A stretch of 64,000 nt of DNA, from positions 14,570,001 through 14,634,000 of the forward strand of contig JBHGNT010000001.1 of the NCBI GenBank assembly GCA_043228905.1, given 5' to 3'. This stretch comes from Azolla caroliniana (lineage: Eukaryota > Plantae > Polypodiophyta). Below are positions 38,527 to 52,116 of this stretch, piece by piece (position 1 is the first letter of the stretch; every line of letters begins with the position of its first letter). Position numbers and translations under genes: made by a program. The notes beneath the pieces are model-generated. The model searched no databases. It saw only the letters and a program-made list of their open reading frames with translations, and was not told where the DNA came from.

Positions 38527-41455
38527 CTCATCCCCTCTAAACCTGCACATCCCCCGGTATGTGCCGAAGTTCCCGATGTTCCATATTCGCCTCCATCCGT
38601 ATCGCTCTCCAAATCTTCCCTTATGTCGACTACGAGTTGAATTCCACTTTCTTCGCTATCCGCATCACCGCGAACTTTGTCCGGTTGCTCCTCATTGTCG
38701 GTCTTGTCTATGGCTACATAAGATTCGTTGTTAGTCCGCTTCTTGAAGATCTTCGCCCGTTTCCCTGCTATAGGCACTCGCAGTATCATTCCATCCAACT
38801 CACTTAGTCGGTAAGTTCCGTTGTCGAAAACTTTCCGAACCTCATATGGCCCGAACCACCTTTTCGTGAACTTCCGCATCGTTGTATGTTGATGATCCAA
38901 ACTATTCTCGTAGACAATCACCCAATCTCCTTCTTCAATCTTCCGCGGTCGTAGTCGGTGCTTTGTGTCGAACCGGCTTTTATTCCGGAATTACGCTTCT
39001 TGTTGTCGGCGTATTGCTTCCGCTATGTCTTCCGGTCTTCCCTCCAGTTGTCGTATCCGGACCGCTAGTAGTTCTTCCCGGATCATCTCTTCCTTCCACA
39101 ATAGCATTGTCCATGTCGTGATTGCGGTTTCCGTCGACATTACCGGTGCTTGTCCGGTCATAAGTTTTGTCGGCATATAACCGGTTAAGGAGCTATGCGT
39201 CATCCGATCCGCCCATAGTGCATACGGGAGCATCTGCGGCCAATCCATCACCCTTCCGTCGCATGCTTTGGCAAGTGCTTTGACGATCGAACTATGTCCT
39301 CGCTCGACCTTTCCGTTGGCTTCCGGATTGTATGCCATTGTTAGTGTTAACCGAACTCCATGTTTGGCGAAGAATCCCCTAGCTTTATCAGAGTCAAGTT
39401 CTCCCCGATCCGCAATCACTTGTCCTACGCACCCGTACCTGCAAAACACTTCTTCCAGAAGAAACTGACATACCGCAGAACACGTTTTTCTTCGTAGCGC
39501 CCGACCTTCTACTTGATTTGTGAGATCTTCCCGAGCTAACACCAAATACTTCTTTTGTCCAATCCCGGTTGGCATGGCTACAATGTCGACCATCCATTTG
39601 AAGTTGATTGTCAGTGAGAATGTCGGATGTAACTCATCTCGGTGTCGAACTCCGAAGTAGATTTGACACTTCTCGCAGCTTTCCGTGAACTCCGCGACAT
39701 CTTTGTACATATTCTTCCACCAATATCTTTGCTTGATCTTCCCAAATGTTGCCCATGTTCCCCGATGTCCAGCCCAATCAGATTCGTGAAATTCAGACAT
39801 TACCTGGTTTCGTTGCTATTTCGTCCCGACTACTAGAAGTGGTATGCCACCCGGTCTTTTCGGCTCCTTCCATAAAAATCCATTTTTCAAGAAGAACTTT
39901 CGGACTTGCCGTTTCTTACTTTGGATCTCGACTCTCTTCTCTTTATTGTCCGATGATTCCTCGATTTCTTGTAGCATTTTCCCGATCAACAAGCTTTCTC
40001 CCTCGTATTCTTCTTCCCAGAATTCTTGGATTACATCCACCCGGCATATGGGCTCCGAAGCAAAGTAGTATTCGGAAACTTTTTCATTATCGGATTCGGT
40101 TATGTCATCTCCGAACCGCGCCCTTGATAGCATATCCGCTACAACATTGTCCTTTTCGGAGATGTGTCTTACCTCCGGATTAAGTTACTTAACATATGCA
40201 ATCCACCTTAGCATAGCCACATCCGGTACCGTGCAACACCGCATCATCCCGAGTATCGGAAGACAATCCGTTTCGATCACTACTTCGGCTCCGATCAAAT
40301 AATCTCGATCCGATTTGATTGCCGACATGACTCCCCATAATTCTCTTTTAACTTGTGCATATCCACATTGCCTTTCGTTGAGAACCTTTGCTCCGAATCG
40401 GATCGGATATTGCGAACCTTCCGAGTCGATTTGATTGATGACCCATCCGATTCCGGTTGGACTTGTATCAACCGTTACTAGAACCGGTCGGTTATAGTTC
40501 GGCTTCTTTAGAGCTTTAGCCCTCCGCAGTGTTTTCTTGAGCTTCCTCATGACTTCGGTGTGTTCCGGTTTCCATTCGAACTTCTTCCCCTTCTGCAACA
40601 AGTGATAGAGCGGGTCCGCAATATGTGCGTAGTGCGGAATCCATATGTGATAGAATGCACATGCTCCAAGAAACCTTCGGACTTCGGATTGTGACTCGCA
40701 TACTTCTTTCATAGCTTGAATCGCATCAATCTTGGTTGGTGACGGTCTTCGGCCATAGGGCCCACATAGATGTCCGACTACCAATATTTCTTCTTGTCCG
40801 AATGCTGATTTCTCTCCGGAAAGTGTTAGATGCACATCTTCTAACTTCCGTAACACTTTCTCACAATCTAGGATATGGTTGACTACGAACCTTCGACATC
40901 CGCGTTCATCCATAACTTCATCTTTTTCTTCCACCGCACACCCTTTCATCGGAATGTCATCTAGGAACGACATCGTTATCTCCGGTATGCAATCCCCTAG
41001 CACCTTGTTCATCGCATTCATCATATGTGTGACTGAGTTCGTCGCGCCTTGTGGTTGTGGTAGCGTACACATCTGGACTAATCCTATCGGTGTCCACATG
41101 GTAGTGATGCCTCGGCTCTCCATGGCTAGTTGGAATTGGTCATATCCGGAGTATAGGTCTCCGATGGAGTATATCGCGCGACCGGCAAATGCTTCCGCAA
41201 ATTCGTCCACTATCGGACCGACTCCGGAATTCCGAATCGTGACCTTGTTCACCAGTTGCAAGTCTTGAATAAATCGGAGTGACCCATTCTTCTTCGGAAC
41301 CGTAAACCATTGATTTGAGTACGGAGCATTTGATGGCTCTAGAATCCCCATCGCCACCTTCTCCTTGAGCAAGTCGATGATTTTGGGAATATGCGCCTGT
41401 GGCACCGGAATCGGCTTCAGGTTCCATGGCACATGGTCAATCGTGAAGATCACCA
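38514..41455 (-). pseudogene. pol: Trp-primed Gypsy pol (RT, RNase H, integrase)
   Basis: WFTVPKKNGSLRFIQDL, DLYSGYDQ, GATNSV, FLDD, VDTSPTGIG, GHRG..C..C, ADRGEL, YNPEANGKVERGH, WFGPY. Confidence 0.92.
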
Positions 41456-43186
41456 ACCGGATTCGGAAGAAAGCATACCGATTCTTTCTCCGGGACGGAT
41501 ACATATGGAAGCACCCGAAGAAGAGGAACGATATCCCGCTCCGAGTGGTGGCGAAGAAGGAGGAACAGGAGGATTTGTTGGCGGCGTACCACGATAGCCC
41601 GTGGGCTGGACACCGTGGAACATGGGCCACGTTCGAAAAGCTAAAGGGGAAGTACTGGTGGCCGGGACTATACTGGGACGTGCATCGGTTCGTGATGACT
41701 TACGAAAGTTGTCAGGTGCACTCCATGATCCGACATCGGGACGAGCTTCACCCAACCTACCGTCCGACCGTCCACTTCAAGTGGATGGTGGATTTGGTGA
41801 CGATGCCAATGGGGGTAGGACAGATGCGGTATCTGGTGTTGGCTTGGGAAGATCTAACGAACCAGGTTGAAGGCCGAGCCCTGCAGAACAAGACGATGGC
41901 AACTCTGTGCCAGTTTTTAATTGAGGACGTAGTATGCCGATACGGGTGCGTAGGGAAGATCGTGGCTGACCGTGGTGAGTTGGACGCAAAAGAGGCCGAA
42001 GAGCTATTCGACCGGCTAGGAGTCAAAATTTCGCTCACCACAGCGTATAATCCGGAGGCGAACGGGAAGGTGGAGCGCGGACACGGGCCAATTGTCAAAG
42101 CACTAGTACGGGCGTGCGGAGGCTGAGTCGGGGACTGGCCACGGCTGCTACCTTATGCCTTGTGGGCGGACCGGACTACGCACAGTTCGGTAACCGGGTT
42201 TATGCCGGCCGAGCTGATGTTCGGACAGAAGCCGATCATGCCAACAGAGCGAACGATCTCCTCGTGGGCCATGGTGGACTGGAGGGATGAGATGAGCCGG
42301 GAGGAATTGTTGGCGGCACGGATTTGACAGCTCGAGCGGAGGCCGGAGGACGTAGAGCGAGCTACGGAGAAACTTCGGGTAGCGAGGATAAGGAACAAAG
42401 CCCGGTTCGACCGAACACACTGGTTTAGGCCAAGGAAGATCGAGGAAGGCGACTGGGTGCTAGTCTACGACAGCATCCTCAACAATCAGCATAGGGCCAC
42501 GCGGAAGTTCGCGAGGAGGTGGTTCGGGCCTTACGTAGTAACAGGCGCCAACGGAAATGGGACGTACCATCTCGCGGAGCTCGACGGTACGAGAATGGCA
42601 ACACCGGTAGCGGGGAAGAGGATCAAAGCGTTCAAGAAACGACACGACGGGGAGCCGGGGCTAGGGGGAATGGACATCGACAACGAGCAGCCCGAGGTGG
42701 AGGATGAACCGGTAAACGAGGAATAACGCAAGGATCGGTTTTCTCCCATAGAAACCCAATTATGACGCATACCGGTGGACTGGGACCGAGCTCTTCTTCT
42801 CTGTCGTTCTCCATAGCTTTCTTTTGGGTAGGTTCTCAGGAGGCTGATTCTGCTCCGTGGAACGCCCGTGTGCTTCCGGCAGAATCTCCATCTTGCTCTC
42901 CTGTGTGCGTGGGTGATCAGGCGTCGGCATCCACCTTGCCGACCTGGTCGGCTGTAACCGTTCAAGTCGTCTGCATACATACTAATACATGCCTATATTT
43001 ACATACATACTCTAGTGTTCTCAACTCGCGTCTCCTGTGTTGTTGTGCCGCGTCCCCGTGTGCTTCTTTGTCTATAAGTGAGTGAGCGTCTCTTTCTCTC
43101 TCTCTTTTTTTTTCCTCACCTATTCCTCGGTCCAAGACCCCAGTGGTCCCGCCTTATTCTCCACGCACGTGCGTAACAATGCGACA
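41455..43186 (+). mobile_element. 5'-truncated related Gypsy (integrase plus 3' LTR) in opposite orientation
   Basis: Paralogous integrase at 41455-42726. LTR-like end ...AATGCGACA at 43186 followed by ACGC, where host gag resumes. Confidence 0.75.
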
Positions 43187-43189
43187 ACG

Positions 43190-44276
43190 CGTTTGCTCCC
43201 GACGACTCACCCACACTTATTCCCGCAGTTGTCGCATAATTACCTTTTGCCGCTATTTCCTCCTCTAGATCCTTCTTCATACCGCCTTTCCAGAAGTTTG
43301 GTCGGAGTGGCTTCCGAGAGTCCATCGAATGAATCTGATTTCCCTCGTAGTAGATAAGATCCCGCTATAACGCCTCCTTGTGCTCGTCGCAATCCCTCCG
43401 ATCGTGTTCGGTGCTATCACACCATATACATCGACGGTCCATATACTTGGAGTTTGTGGGACGGTCTCCCGACTTCTTCACCATCGCGATTTTCAGATTC
43501 TCCATATCTTTCAGCAACTTCTCCACCGTGGTTGCGTCAATCCCCTTCTTAGTCATAGTCTCTCGAGCCCGCAGTTGATGGTCCTCCACTCCGGATCTCG
43601 GTTTCGGAATCGGTTCCGAAACCCTCTTCTCTTCGCTAGCAAGCCATTTCCCCCTGTTCATGTATCGCGTGACGATATCCCACACGCTTTCCCACGTTTC
43701 GGTGAGGCCGCTTTCGGTGGTCGTGTCCTCTAGAAGCACTCCAAAATCCTTCCGGTCCCGGACGTCCACGGCTTGTAAGAACATGATAACTTTGTCCGGT
43801 GCGAGGATAGCTTGATCTCTCGCGGACAACCCCCCGAACCGACTTTCGAATGACGAAAATACTTCGAGGACCTTCAACCCCTTACCTAGCGTTTCCACCC
43901 AATCTTCGAATCCCCTCCACGTTGCTTTGGAGGAGTCCTCGATGGTGAACGTGGTCTTTAACACTTCTTCAAATGCTTCCCACGTCGGATTTTGCTGTTG
44001 TAACCCGTGGATACTCCCTTGAAGCCCATCGGTCGCCACCCGGTTGAAGGATGTCACTTGCAGTCCTTCCGAAATCCGGCACCGGAGCATCTCTGCCTTG
44101 TAGTCCTACAAATATCACGACACATCCTTACCGTTGAATTGCCTGTTGCATTGCATGAGCCAGTCTACTGCTACTGAGATCTCCGACATCGTGCGTTGTT
44201 CTTGTAGCATCCGCTCAAACATCGCCATCATATTGTTAGCTTGTTGATTCTCCATCTCCTTGCCACCCGTTTTCAT
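43190..44276 (-). pseudogene. gag: Trp-primed Gypsy gag
   Basis: MENQQA..FNGKDVS.., CIWCDSTEHDRRDC knuckle; homologous to 59970-60570. Confidence 0.85.
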
Positions 44277-44984
44277 GTCGGTTTCACCACTTGTGTCGGG
44301 CCTCTCGACGCCGGATCGTTACGTGAGTCAGGTGGGAACCGCTGGGGTTTTGGACTACGAGAAAGGAGATCATGAGATAGAGATTAATTATAAGTAGATA
44401 GTAAAGAGAAAGATAAGAAACTCGTGAATCACACGAGTATACTATATTAATTGGTACTTAGGTTGTTAAGAAAGAAGTAGATGCATAAATCGTGAATCCC
44501 ATGAATAATTTTTATATTGATCAATACTTAATCCAAAAAAATAACCAACCCTTATACATCTTTTTCTCCTCCTTATATAAGGACGGGATAGGCTAAGCAT
44601 AGCTTCTTGCTTTTCTAAAGTGTTCATGCTCTCTAAATTTGCATGCCTTACTTTTCCCACTATGTGTTAGGAAACAGGTCCCTCCGGACGGTGAAGATCC
44701 GGTGAGATCCGGATGAAGAGTACCCGGCTATGGAGAGCCGGATGGTACAGACCCGGTGAGAACCGGATGAAGAGTACCCGGCTACGGAGAGCCGGATGGT
44801 GCAGGCCCGGTGAGGAGTGCTCACCGGATGAAGAGACATATTCGTAAATATGTTTCTGAGAGTCCATCGTGGCTATATTTGTAAATAGCCGAAAAGTCAT
44901 ATTAGTATAAATATGACTTAGGGCAAACTTTAGTTTAGGGTTGTTGTCATTCTTGTTTGCGCAAGATCAGAGCGCGTAACTGTG

Positions 44985-45030
<46 letters not shown>

Positions 45031-45329
45031 GAGGTCGTTGCCTCTGTTGTAACTGCCGGCTGTGGCGAAGATAGAAAGCTCGAGGTTGTTGCCTTGGTGC
45101 TTTACTGTTGTACACTGTAACATAGTGATAGTTTGCAACCTATGGGCTGCCGTGGTTTTTCCCTAGTTTGGGTTTTCCACGTAAACATCCTGTGTACTCT
45201 TCTCTTCACTGTGTCGTGCATTCACTCCCCATTTTCTGTGTTTGATTCTAAGCTTGGTTGTGGCCGAGCGTTGTTCATCAGAGCGTGTAGTTCCTGCGAA
45301 AGTGGTATTAGAGCGAAACGACACAGAAA

Positions 45330-48300
45330 ATGGACGATTCGTTGGGAGGTATGTTCAAGCTCACCAGCTCCAACTATTCGGTGTGGAAGTCGAAGATGAG
45401 GGACATGCTCGTGGTTAAAGATCTTTGGTTGCCGGTTCAGTTCGGAGACAAGAGACCGGACAAAATCGACGCCACGATATGGGAGGTGATGCACATGAAG
45501 ATAACAGTGTACATACGGTGCTTCATCGACATGAGCCTATACAACAACTTCAATGAAGAGAGCAAGGCTCATGAGCTCTGGGAGAAGATCGGCATTATGT
45601 TTCAAAACAAAAATGTTGTTAATCAGGTTTCGGTATTCCGGAAGCTAGTAAGACTCCGGTACCAAGATGGCTCCAGCATGGCGGACCACATGAATGCCTT
45701 CCAGGGGCTGATCCACCAGGCAACATCATTGGAAGTACCTCTCGCCGATGAGGTACTAGTGCTACTCCTGCTCGGTTCCCTCCCAAATAGCTGGGAGACG
45801 TTGGTTGTCACCTTGGGCAACGCCGGGCCGGAAGGGAAACAGTTATCCCTAGCAAGAGTAAAGTCGAGCTTGCTAGATGAGGAGGCGCATCGGAAAGATA
45901 AGGATACGAGCTCCGACTCCAAAGCACTCCTTACCGAATCGGAACGTGGAAGACAAAGGAACCGTAGTCCCCAGAACCGGGAGAAGTCGGGGACACGGTC
46001 AAAGTCAAGGGGGAGGCCTACTTGCTTCTATTGCGGCAAGCCGGGACACTTCTAGAAGAACTGTCGGCATTTCCGAAAAGACAAGGAAACCGACGGTACC
46101 GATTCGAAGCGGACACCGGACCGGAAGGGAACGACGGCAATCACGGCAAGTGAAGAAGAGTTGATACTCATCACCGAGGAGAGTGAGATAAACCTTGCGA
46201 ACAACGAGATGGCCTGGGTGGTCAACTCCGGAGCATTGTTCCACCTTACCCCGGACCGGAAATGCTTCTCATCCTACTCAGCCGGTGATCACGGCTGTGT
46301 CCGGATGGGGAATGAAGGTACATGCCGAATTGTCGGCATAGGAGACGTGTGGCTGACAACGCCAACCGGATGCAAGCTACTGCTGAAGGATGTCCGACAC
46401 GTTTCGAAGGTTCGTCTGAACCTGATATCAGCCGGTCGGATAGATGATGAAGGCTACACGGGTAGCATCCGGAACGGTGTTATGAAGCTCAGCAAAGGGA
46501 GCCTGATTGTGGCTCGGGCCCGGAAGGTAAACACGTTGTACCTAATGAATGCCTGATTATGCTCGGAAGACGTGAACGTAGCATCCGACACTGCCGATGA
46601 GCTGTGGCACAAGAGGTTGTGCCACATGAGCGAGAAGGGGATGAAGAGGCTTGCAGACGACAACCTCATTCCAGTGAAGAACATGCACTTGGAGAAGTGC
46701 ACTGATTGTCTGGCCGGTAAACAAATCCGGACCTCCTTCCGATCCAAGCCACCGATGAGATGTAATGCACCACTGGAGTTGGTGCATACTGATGTATGTC
46801 AAGTGGAGACAAAGTCACATGCAGGATCGCAATACTTCGTGACGTTCATAGATGACCACAGCCGGAAGTTGTGGGCCACACCGTTGAAGACGAAGGATTA
46901 GGTGTTATCCGTCTTCAAAGAGCTCCACGCGAGAGTGGAAAGAGAAACCGACCGGAAGCTGAAGGCGGTTTGAGCAGATAACGGAGGTGAATACCGGGGG
47001 CAGTTCGAGGAGTACTGTCGCTCGAAGGGAATCTGGCTCGAATTTATTGTGCCGAAGACGCAGGAACTAAACGGGTTGGCCGGGAGGATGAACCGGACCA
47101 TAATGGAGAGGGTCCGGAGTATGTTGGCACATGCAAAACTACCCAAGAAGTTTTGGGCTGAGACACTGTCGACGGCGACATATGTGATAAACAGATCACC
47201 CTCAGTACCCTTGGACAGAGACACGCCACATAGAGTATGGACCGGTAAGGAAGTATCCTACCGGCATCTGAAGGTATTCGGGTGTCTTGCGTATGTGCAT
47301 GTAGCTAAGGACCGGAGAGGAAAACTAGATCCGAAGACCCGGCCATGCATATTCCTCGGTTACGACGACGATGAGTTCGGCTACCGAGTGTGGGACCTGG
47401 TCGACAAGAAGGTATTCTGGAGTCGAGATATTATCTTCATGGAGGACAAAACGCTCGCCGACTGGGAGTCAAAGAAGAAGATAATGAACTCTGAGTCAAC
47501 CGATAAGGATCGATTCTACGATGAGCAGACCCAACCGGCAAGAGACCGGTTAGCACTCGAGGAACCAGCCGGTTACGGTGAGGATACCGAACCGGCAGAA
47601 GAAGAAGTAGAGGAAGCTGAAACCAGAACCGGCCAAGACCCCGAATCAGATTCGGATGAAGAGCAAATGGAGGAGCTGGTTACCGAAGCCCAGAGACGGA
47701 GATATCCTCTTAGAGAGAGAAGGGCCCCCCGGAGATTTCTGGATGCAGAGCATGTGCTGCTAACCGATGAGGGGGAGCCAGAAAGCTTCGAAGAAGCGAA
47801 GGATGACACCCACAGCCGTAATTGGTTAAGTGCCATGCAGGATGAGATGGATTCCCTGCATGAGAACCATACGTACGAATTGGTGGAGTTGCCGAAAGGA
47901 AAGCGGGCACTCTGAAATAAGTGGGTGTACATGTTGAAATCGGGAGATGCCGGCAAACCCCCGAGATTCAAAGCTAGGATCGTGGCGAAGGGGTTCCAGC
48001 AGAAGAAGGGCGTGGACTTCGACAAGATATTTGCCCCGGTGAAAAAGATGACCTCTATCCGGACGGTGCTAAGTATAGCGGCAAGCATGGACCTCGAGGT
48101 AGAGCAGTTAGACATGAAGACGACATTCCTTCACGGTCACCTTGAAGAGGAGATCTACATGCAACAACCAGAAGGATTCGTGGAGAAACCTATACGGATT
48201 GAAGCAGGCTCCCCGACAATGGTACCGGAAGTTCGACTCCTTCATGACTGATCAAGGGTACCACAAGACATAGGCTGACCACTGTGTGTTTGTGAAGAAG

Positions 48301-49311
48301 TTCAAAGGAGGCGACTTCTTGATATTCCTTCTGTACGTGGACGACATGTTGATCGTCGGACGGAACCAAGCCAAAATACAGATGCTGAAGAAGGCCCTCA
48401 ACCGGACCTTCTCAATGAAAGACTTGGGTCCGGCACGATAGATGCGGGGGATGCATATCATCCGGAACCGGCCAACGAAGCAATTGTGGCTGTCACAGGA
48501 GAACTATGTGACAAAGGTGCTTCAGCGGTTCAACATGTTGGAAGCGAAACCGGTCGGATCGACACTCTCGGCAAACTGCAGATTATCCGGTAAGCAAAGC
48601 CCGAAGACGAAAGTAGAGAAGGCTGATATGATGAAGGTTCCATATGCCTCTGCCGTCGGGAGCTTGATGTACGCAATGGTGTGTACCCGACGGGATATAG
48701 GATACGCAGTTGGAATGGTGAGCCGGTTTATGAGCAATCCCGGCAAGGAGCACTGTAACACAGTCAAATGGATACTTTAGTACTTGAAGGGAACTTCGCA
48801 TATGTGTCTCCGATTCGGCTCCGGAAAACCTCAACTTGACGGTTTTACCGATTCGGACATGTCGGCTGATGTGGATACCAGCCGGTCCACATTCGGGCAT
48901 GTAATGACATATGCAAGGGGAGCTGTTTCGTGGCAATCGAGGCTGCAGAAGACGGTTGCGTTGTCAACAACGGAGGCGAAGTACATGGCGGCTGTGGAAG
49001 CCGAAAAGGAAATATTATGGATGAAGGACTTCATCGGAGAGCTCGATATCCGGCAAGATGAATACGGGCTCTATTGCGACAGTCAAAGTGCCATCCACCT
49101 TGCTAAGAATGTGGCCTACCATTCCTGGACGAAGCATATCCAACGTAGGTATCACTGGATCCGGGAAAGCATAGATGACCAGGAGTTTGCGCTGACGAAG
49201 ATCCACACGGCCGAGAACGGGTCAGATATGCTGACCAAAGTATTGATACCCGACAAGCTGGATGCATGCTGGAAGCGGATCAGACTAGTAAGACATCCCA
49301 TGCCGGAGTGA
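45330..49311 (+). pseudogene. gag-pol: Copia-3 gag-pol (many stops and frameshifts)
   Basis: CFYCGKPGHF, WVVNSGALFH, LWHKRLCH, VHTDVC, KARIVAKGF, YVDD, TDSDMS, KHIQRRYHW. Confidence 0.93.
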
Positions 49312-49685
49312 AGGGGGAGTTTGTTAGGAAATGTTAACTCTTAGGGCCGGACAATGGCCTAACACTGGGTGTCTACGGAAGACACTTCACCAAAGGGGTG
49401 TTACGGTAACAGGATTAGACTCAACGCTTAATCCGACTTACTTAGGTTACTTAGCAAGATCGTCCTTAATAATCACACACGTAAGATATAACAATGAATG
49501 CAGAACGACAATTAACACAGAGAGATAACAACACTAAGCTTTATTAATTAACCGCTGCTCATTACATCGTATCCGGGCCTTTAAATAGGTTTCCGGTCTG
49601 TAGTACAAAACGGTGCCATCCGCACCTGTTCGGGATCGGTTCGGAACGGCATACCGGTTCCGGTCCGTCCGTCCACACTCATAGC

Positions 49686-52116
49686 TTACTTACAACCATT
49701 CCTAATAATTAAATAACTCCCCGTTTCACACTCTGGACTCCTTTGCAGGCCAGTAACACATGACACGCCCGTGGGACAATACCTTGTACGTCGAATCCAC
49801 ATCCAACCCTTGCTATTCTTCGTCCAAAATATCCAGAATGCTTTGTTCAAGAGTCTCCAATGGTTCATCTCGAATCGGTTGTTTTTGTTGTTGTGGTTGT
49901 TGCTGCTCCGTTGATGGCTGCCGCGACTGGTCCTTTGGTGGCTGTTGCGGCTGCTCCTCCATTCGTTGCTCTGACACCGGCGTCTGCGTCGTTGCTCCCT
50001 CCGTCGTAGTGGTCTCCGGTTGACTGGTTCCGGGCTGGCCCTCAGCCAGCGACGGTTCCTCATCACTAAGGTTAACCGTTGCCGCTTCCCGTGCTTTTTC
50101 TTCCCGAACCCAGGACCGCTCGTAGCTTTCAAACTGGATTTGAGCGTCCAACCTATCATCGTCTAGCTGAGCAACGAGTTGCCGGACCTGCGCCAGTTGT
50201 TCATCCGCCAGGACTTGGAAGTCATCGGCCAACTCATCCCGTATGGCGGTGAAGTCCTCGGAAGTCAACGTGTAACAATCATCTCCTTCCTTCCGCCGGT
50301 TTGCCACGTCTGCCCTTAGCAATTGGTGTTCCGCCGCATTTTGTGCCCACTTTGTCCACCATCTTACGGAGCTTTCGTCAATCAAGCGTTTTGTCTGATT
50401 CAGCCATCCCAGAGGATGCACTGAATCCGGCCCGTTCCCAATTGCGATTTGATCTCTGCCGCTTGTCGTTTCTCCTTCAGTTGCTTGATGATTTTGACGT
50501 TGTCTTCCGCCTGCTCCTTGTAATGTGTCAATTCCCTTTGATATGTGCTTTGTAATTTCTGCAATACCGTTGACGCTCTCTCCTTTTCTTCCTGCTGCTA
50601 CCTCTGTAGCTCCATTCGGACCTTCTCCGCCTCGTCCAACCGTCGTGTATTCTCCGCACGTTCGTCGGAGATTGCCGTCGCGGCCCGATCAACATCCTGC
50701 TTGAGCTCGGCCATCCGTTCCTTATGCTCCGTTTCCAGCCATTTGTAGTCCCGGTGCAGGTGCTCAAAATCATCTGTCTTTTGCTTGAGTCGTGCATTGA
50801 TCTGTCGATGGGCCCGGTCCTCGCGGTCCTTCTGCTGGCGGAGCTCTTCCTTTAGCCGTTCAATTTCCATTTCCGCCGTCTTCCGCAACTTGTCTTTTTC
50901 CTCCCTTAGCCGGTCGTACGCTTGATGGCCTTTCCGGACGTTCTCAGCAATCTTCTTTAATTCTGATTCAGCCGCTGTGTTCAATTCCCGTTCCCGGCTC
51001 CTTAGCGTTTCTTGTGCGGCAAGTTCATCTCTCAATTCCGCAAGCTCCTGGGCTTGCGCCGCATCTCTCTCTAGAACGGTTTCCGTTGCCAGGGTCTTAT
51101 TGGTATGTACAGGTTGACCTGTTTCTTTATTCTGTACACTTACCGGAGTCACCGGTGATTGGATTTGTGTTGCCGTTAAGGCCATTTTGGCCATCTCTGT
51201 CGTGACCTGATCCAAGTCTCTTTGGGGTGCCGTCCGCCACTCTTCCCCGCTTCTTGGGCTGGACGGGCTGGATGGGTGGCACAAGTAAGGTGAGCCACTA
51301 CGTTACGACGTGCCATATCCTCCGTCCGTCTCGGCCTTCTTTGCCGTCTTTGCCTCTAACGATCTCGATCGCCGCACACAAACCGTCTGCGATCAATACC
51401 GGCCAATCCACCTTGATCCCTTCATAGGTGGCGATGATCATCCCTGCCCGGTTCTGCAGCATGACAGGGGGTCTAGGGTACACATGGCCGTATTCGTGGA
51501 GCACACGAGCAATCTCGCAGAACAACATATCTCCGCTGCCCTGTGTCCGGTAGCCCTTGCTGGCTAGGGAGTACTCACCAAAATACTTGATGAGTTGCTC
51601 CGAGGTCGGATTGTCAATCGAGAGTATGCCTCCCTCCGGAAGGCCTGTTAACGCTCGAATCGCCTCCGCCGTTATGACCTCTGTGTCGATTTCTTTGATC
51701 ACCTTGTCGGCTTCTTTGTGTGGCGGTACCTCCATAATCATCAAGAAGCCCTCGAGCCTGTGTTGCTTTAGCCATGTCTTGGCGGCTTCTGACAGCGTTT
51801 GCGGGTCCATGTCTGTGTCGAGGTCGGCTTGTGTTGGCGAGGTTGGCTGGTGATGAGAGTGAGAGTGAGAGAGAGAGAGTTCAGAAGGCGGGGGTTCTCT
51901 GTGTGTAGGTTCTCTTCTGATGATCTTGCAGCGCCTTGGTGCTTCTGTGCTCCTGGGTTCGCGAAAGTAGAGGGTTTCCACGCGCAGTGGTTTTTCTCTA
52001 TGCATTCTGGCGCCTTTTTCGAGTGTGTGCACGTCGTGTACTAAAATAGCATTATGTCCTGTGGTGGCGCTTAAATGCCCACTACGTACCTTTTCGCTCC
52101 TCGCTCTTTCGTCCAT
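49686..52116 (-). pseudogene. Extra 3' ORF of Athila-like-2 (globular domain, long coiled coil, Q/E-rich tail)
   Basis: Consecutive same-strand ORFs of 272, 228 and 202 aa downstream of integrase; homologous to 28345-31194. Confidence 0.75.

Noticed and set aside
40185-42126. 481-aa and 253-aa overlapping ORFs as novel bidirectional genes
   Set aside because: Their N-termini are antisense read-through across the rearrangement junction near 41455.
44987-45027. (GA)n microsatellite, plus similar tracts and (GCAAAA)n at 124-153
   Set aside because: Ordinary simple repeats, mostly LTR components.
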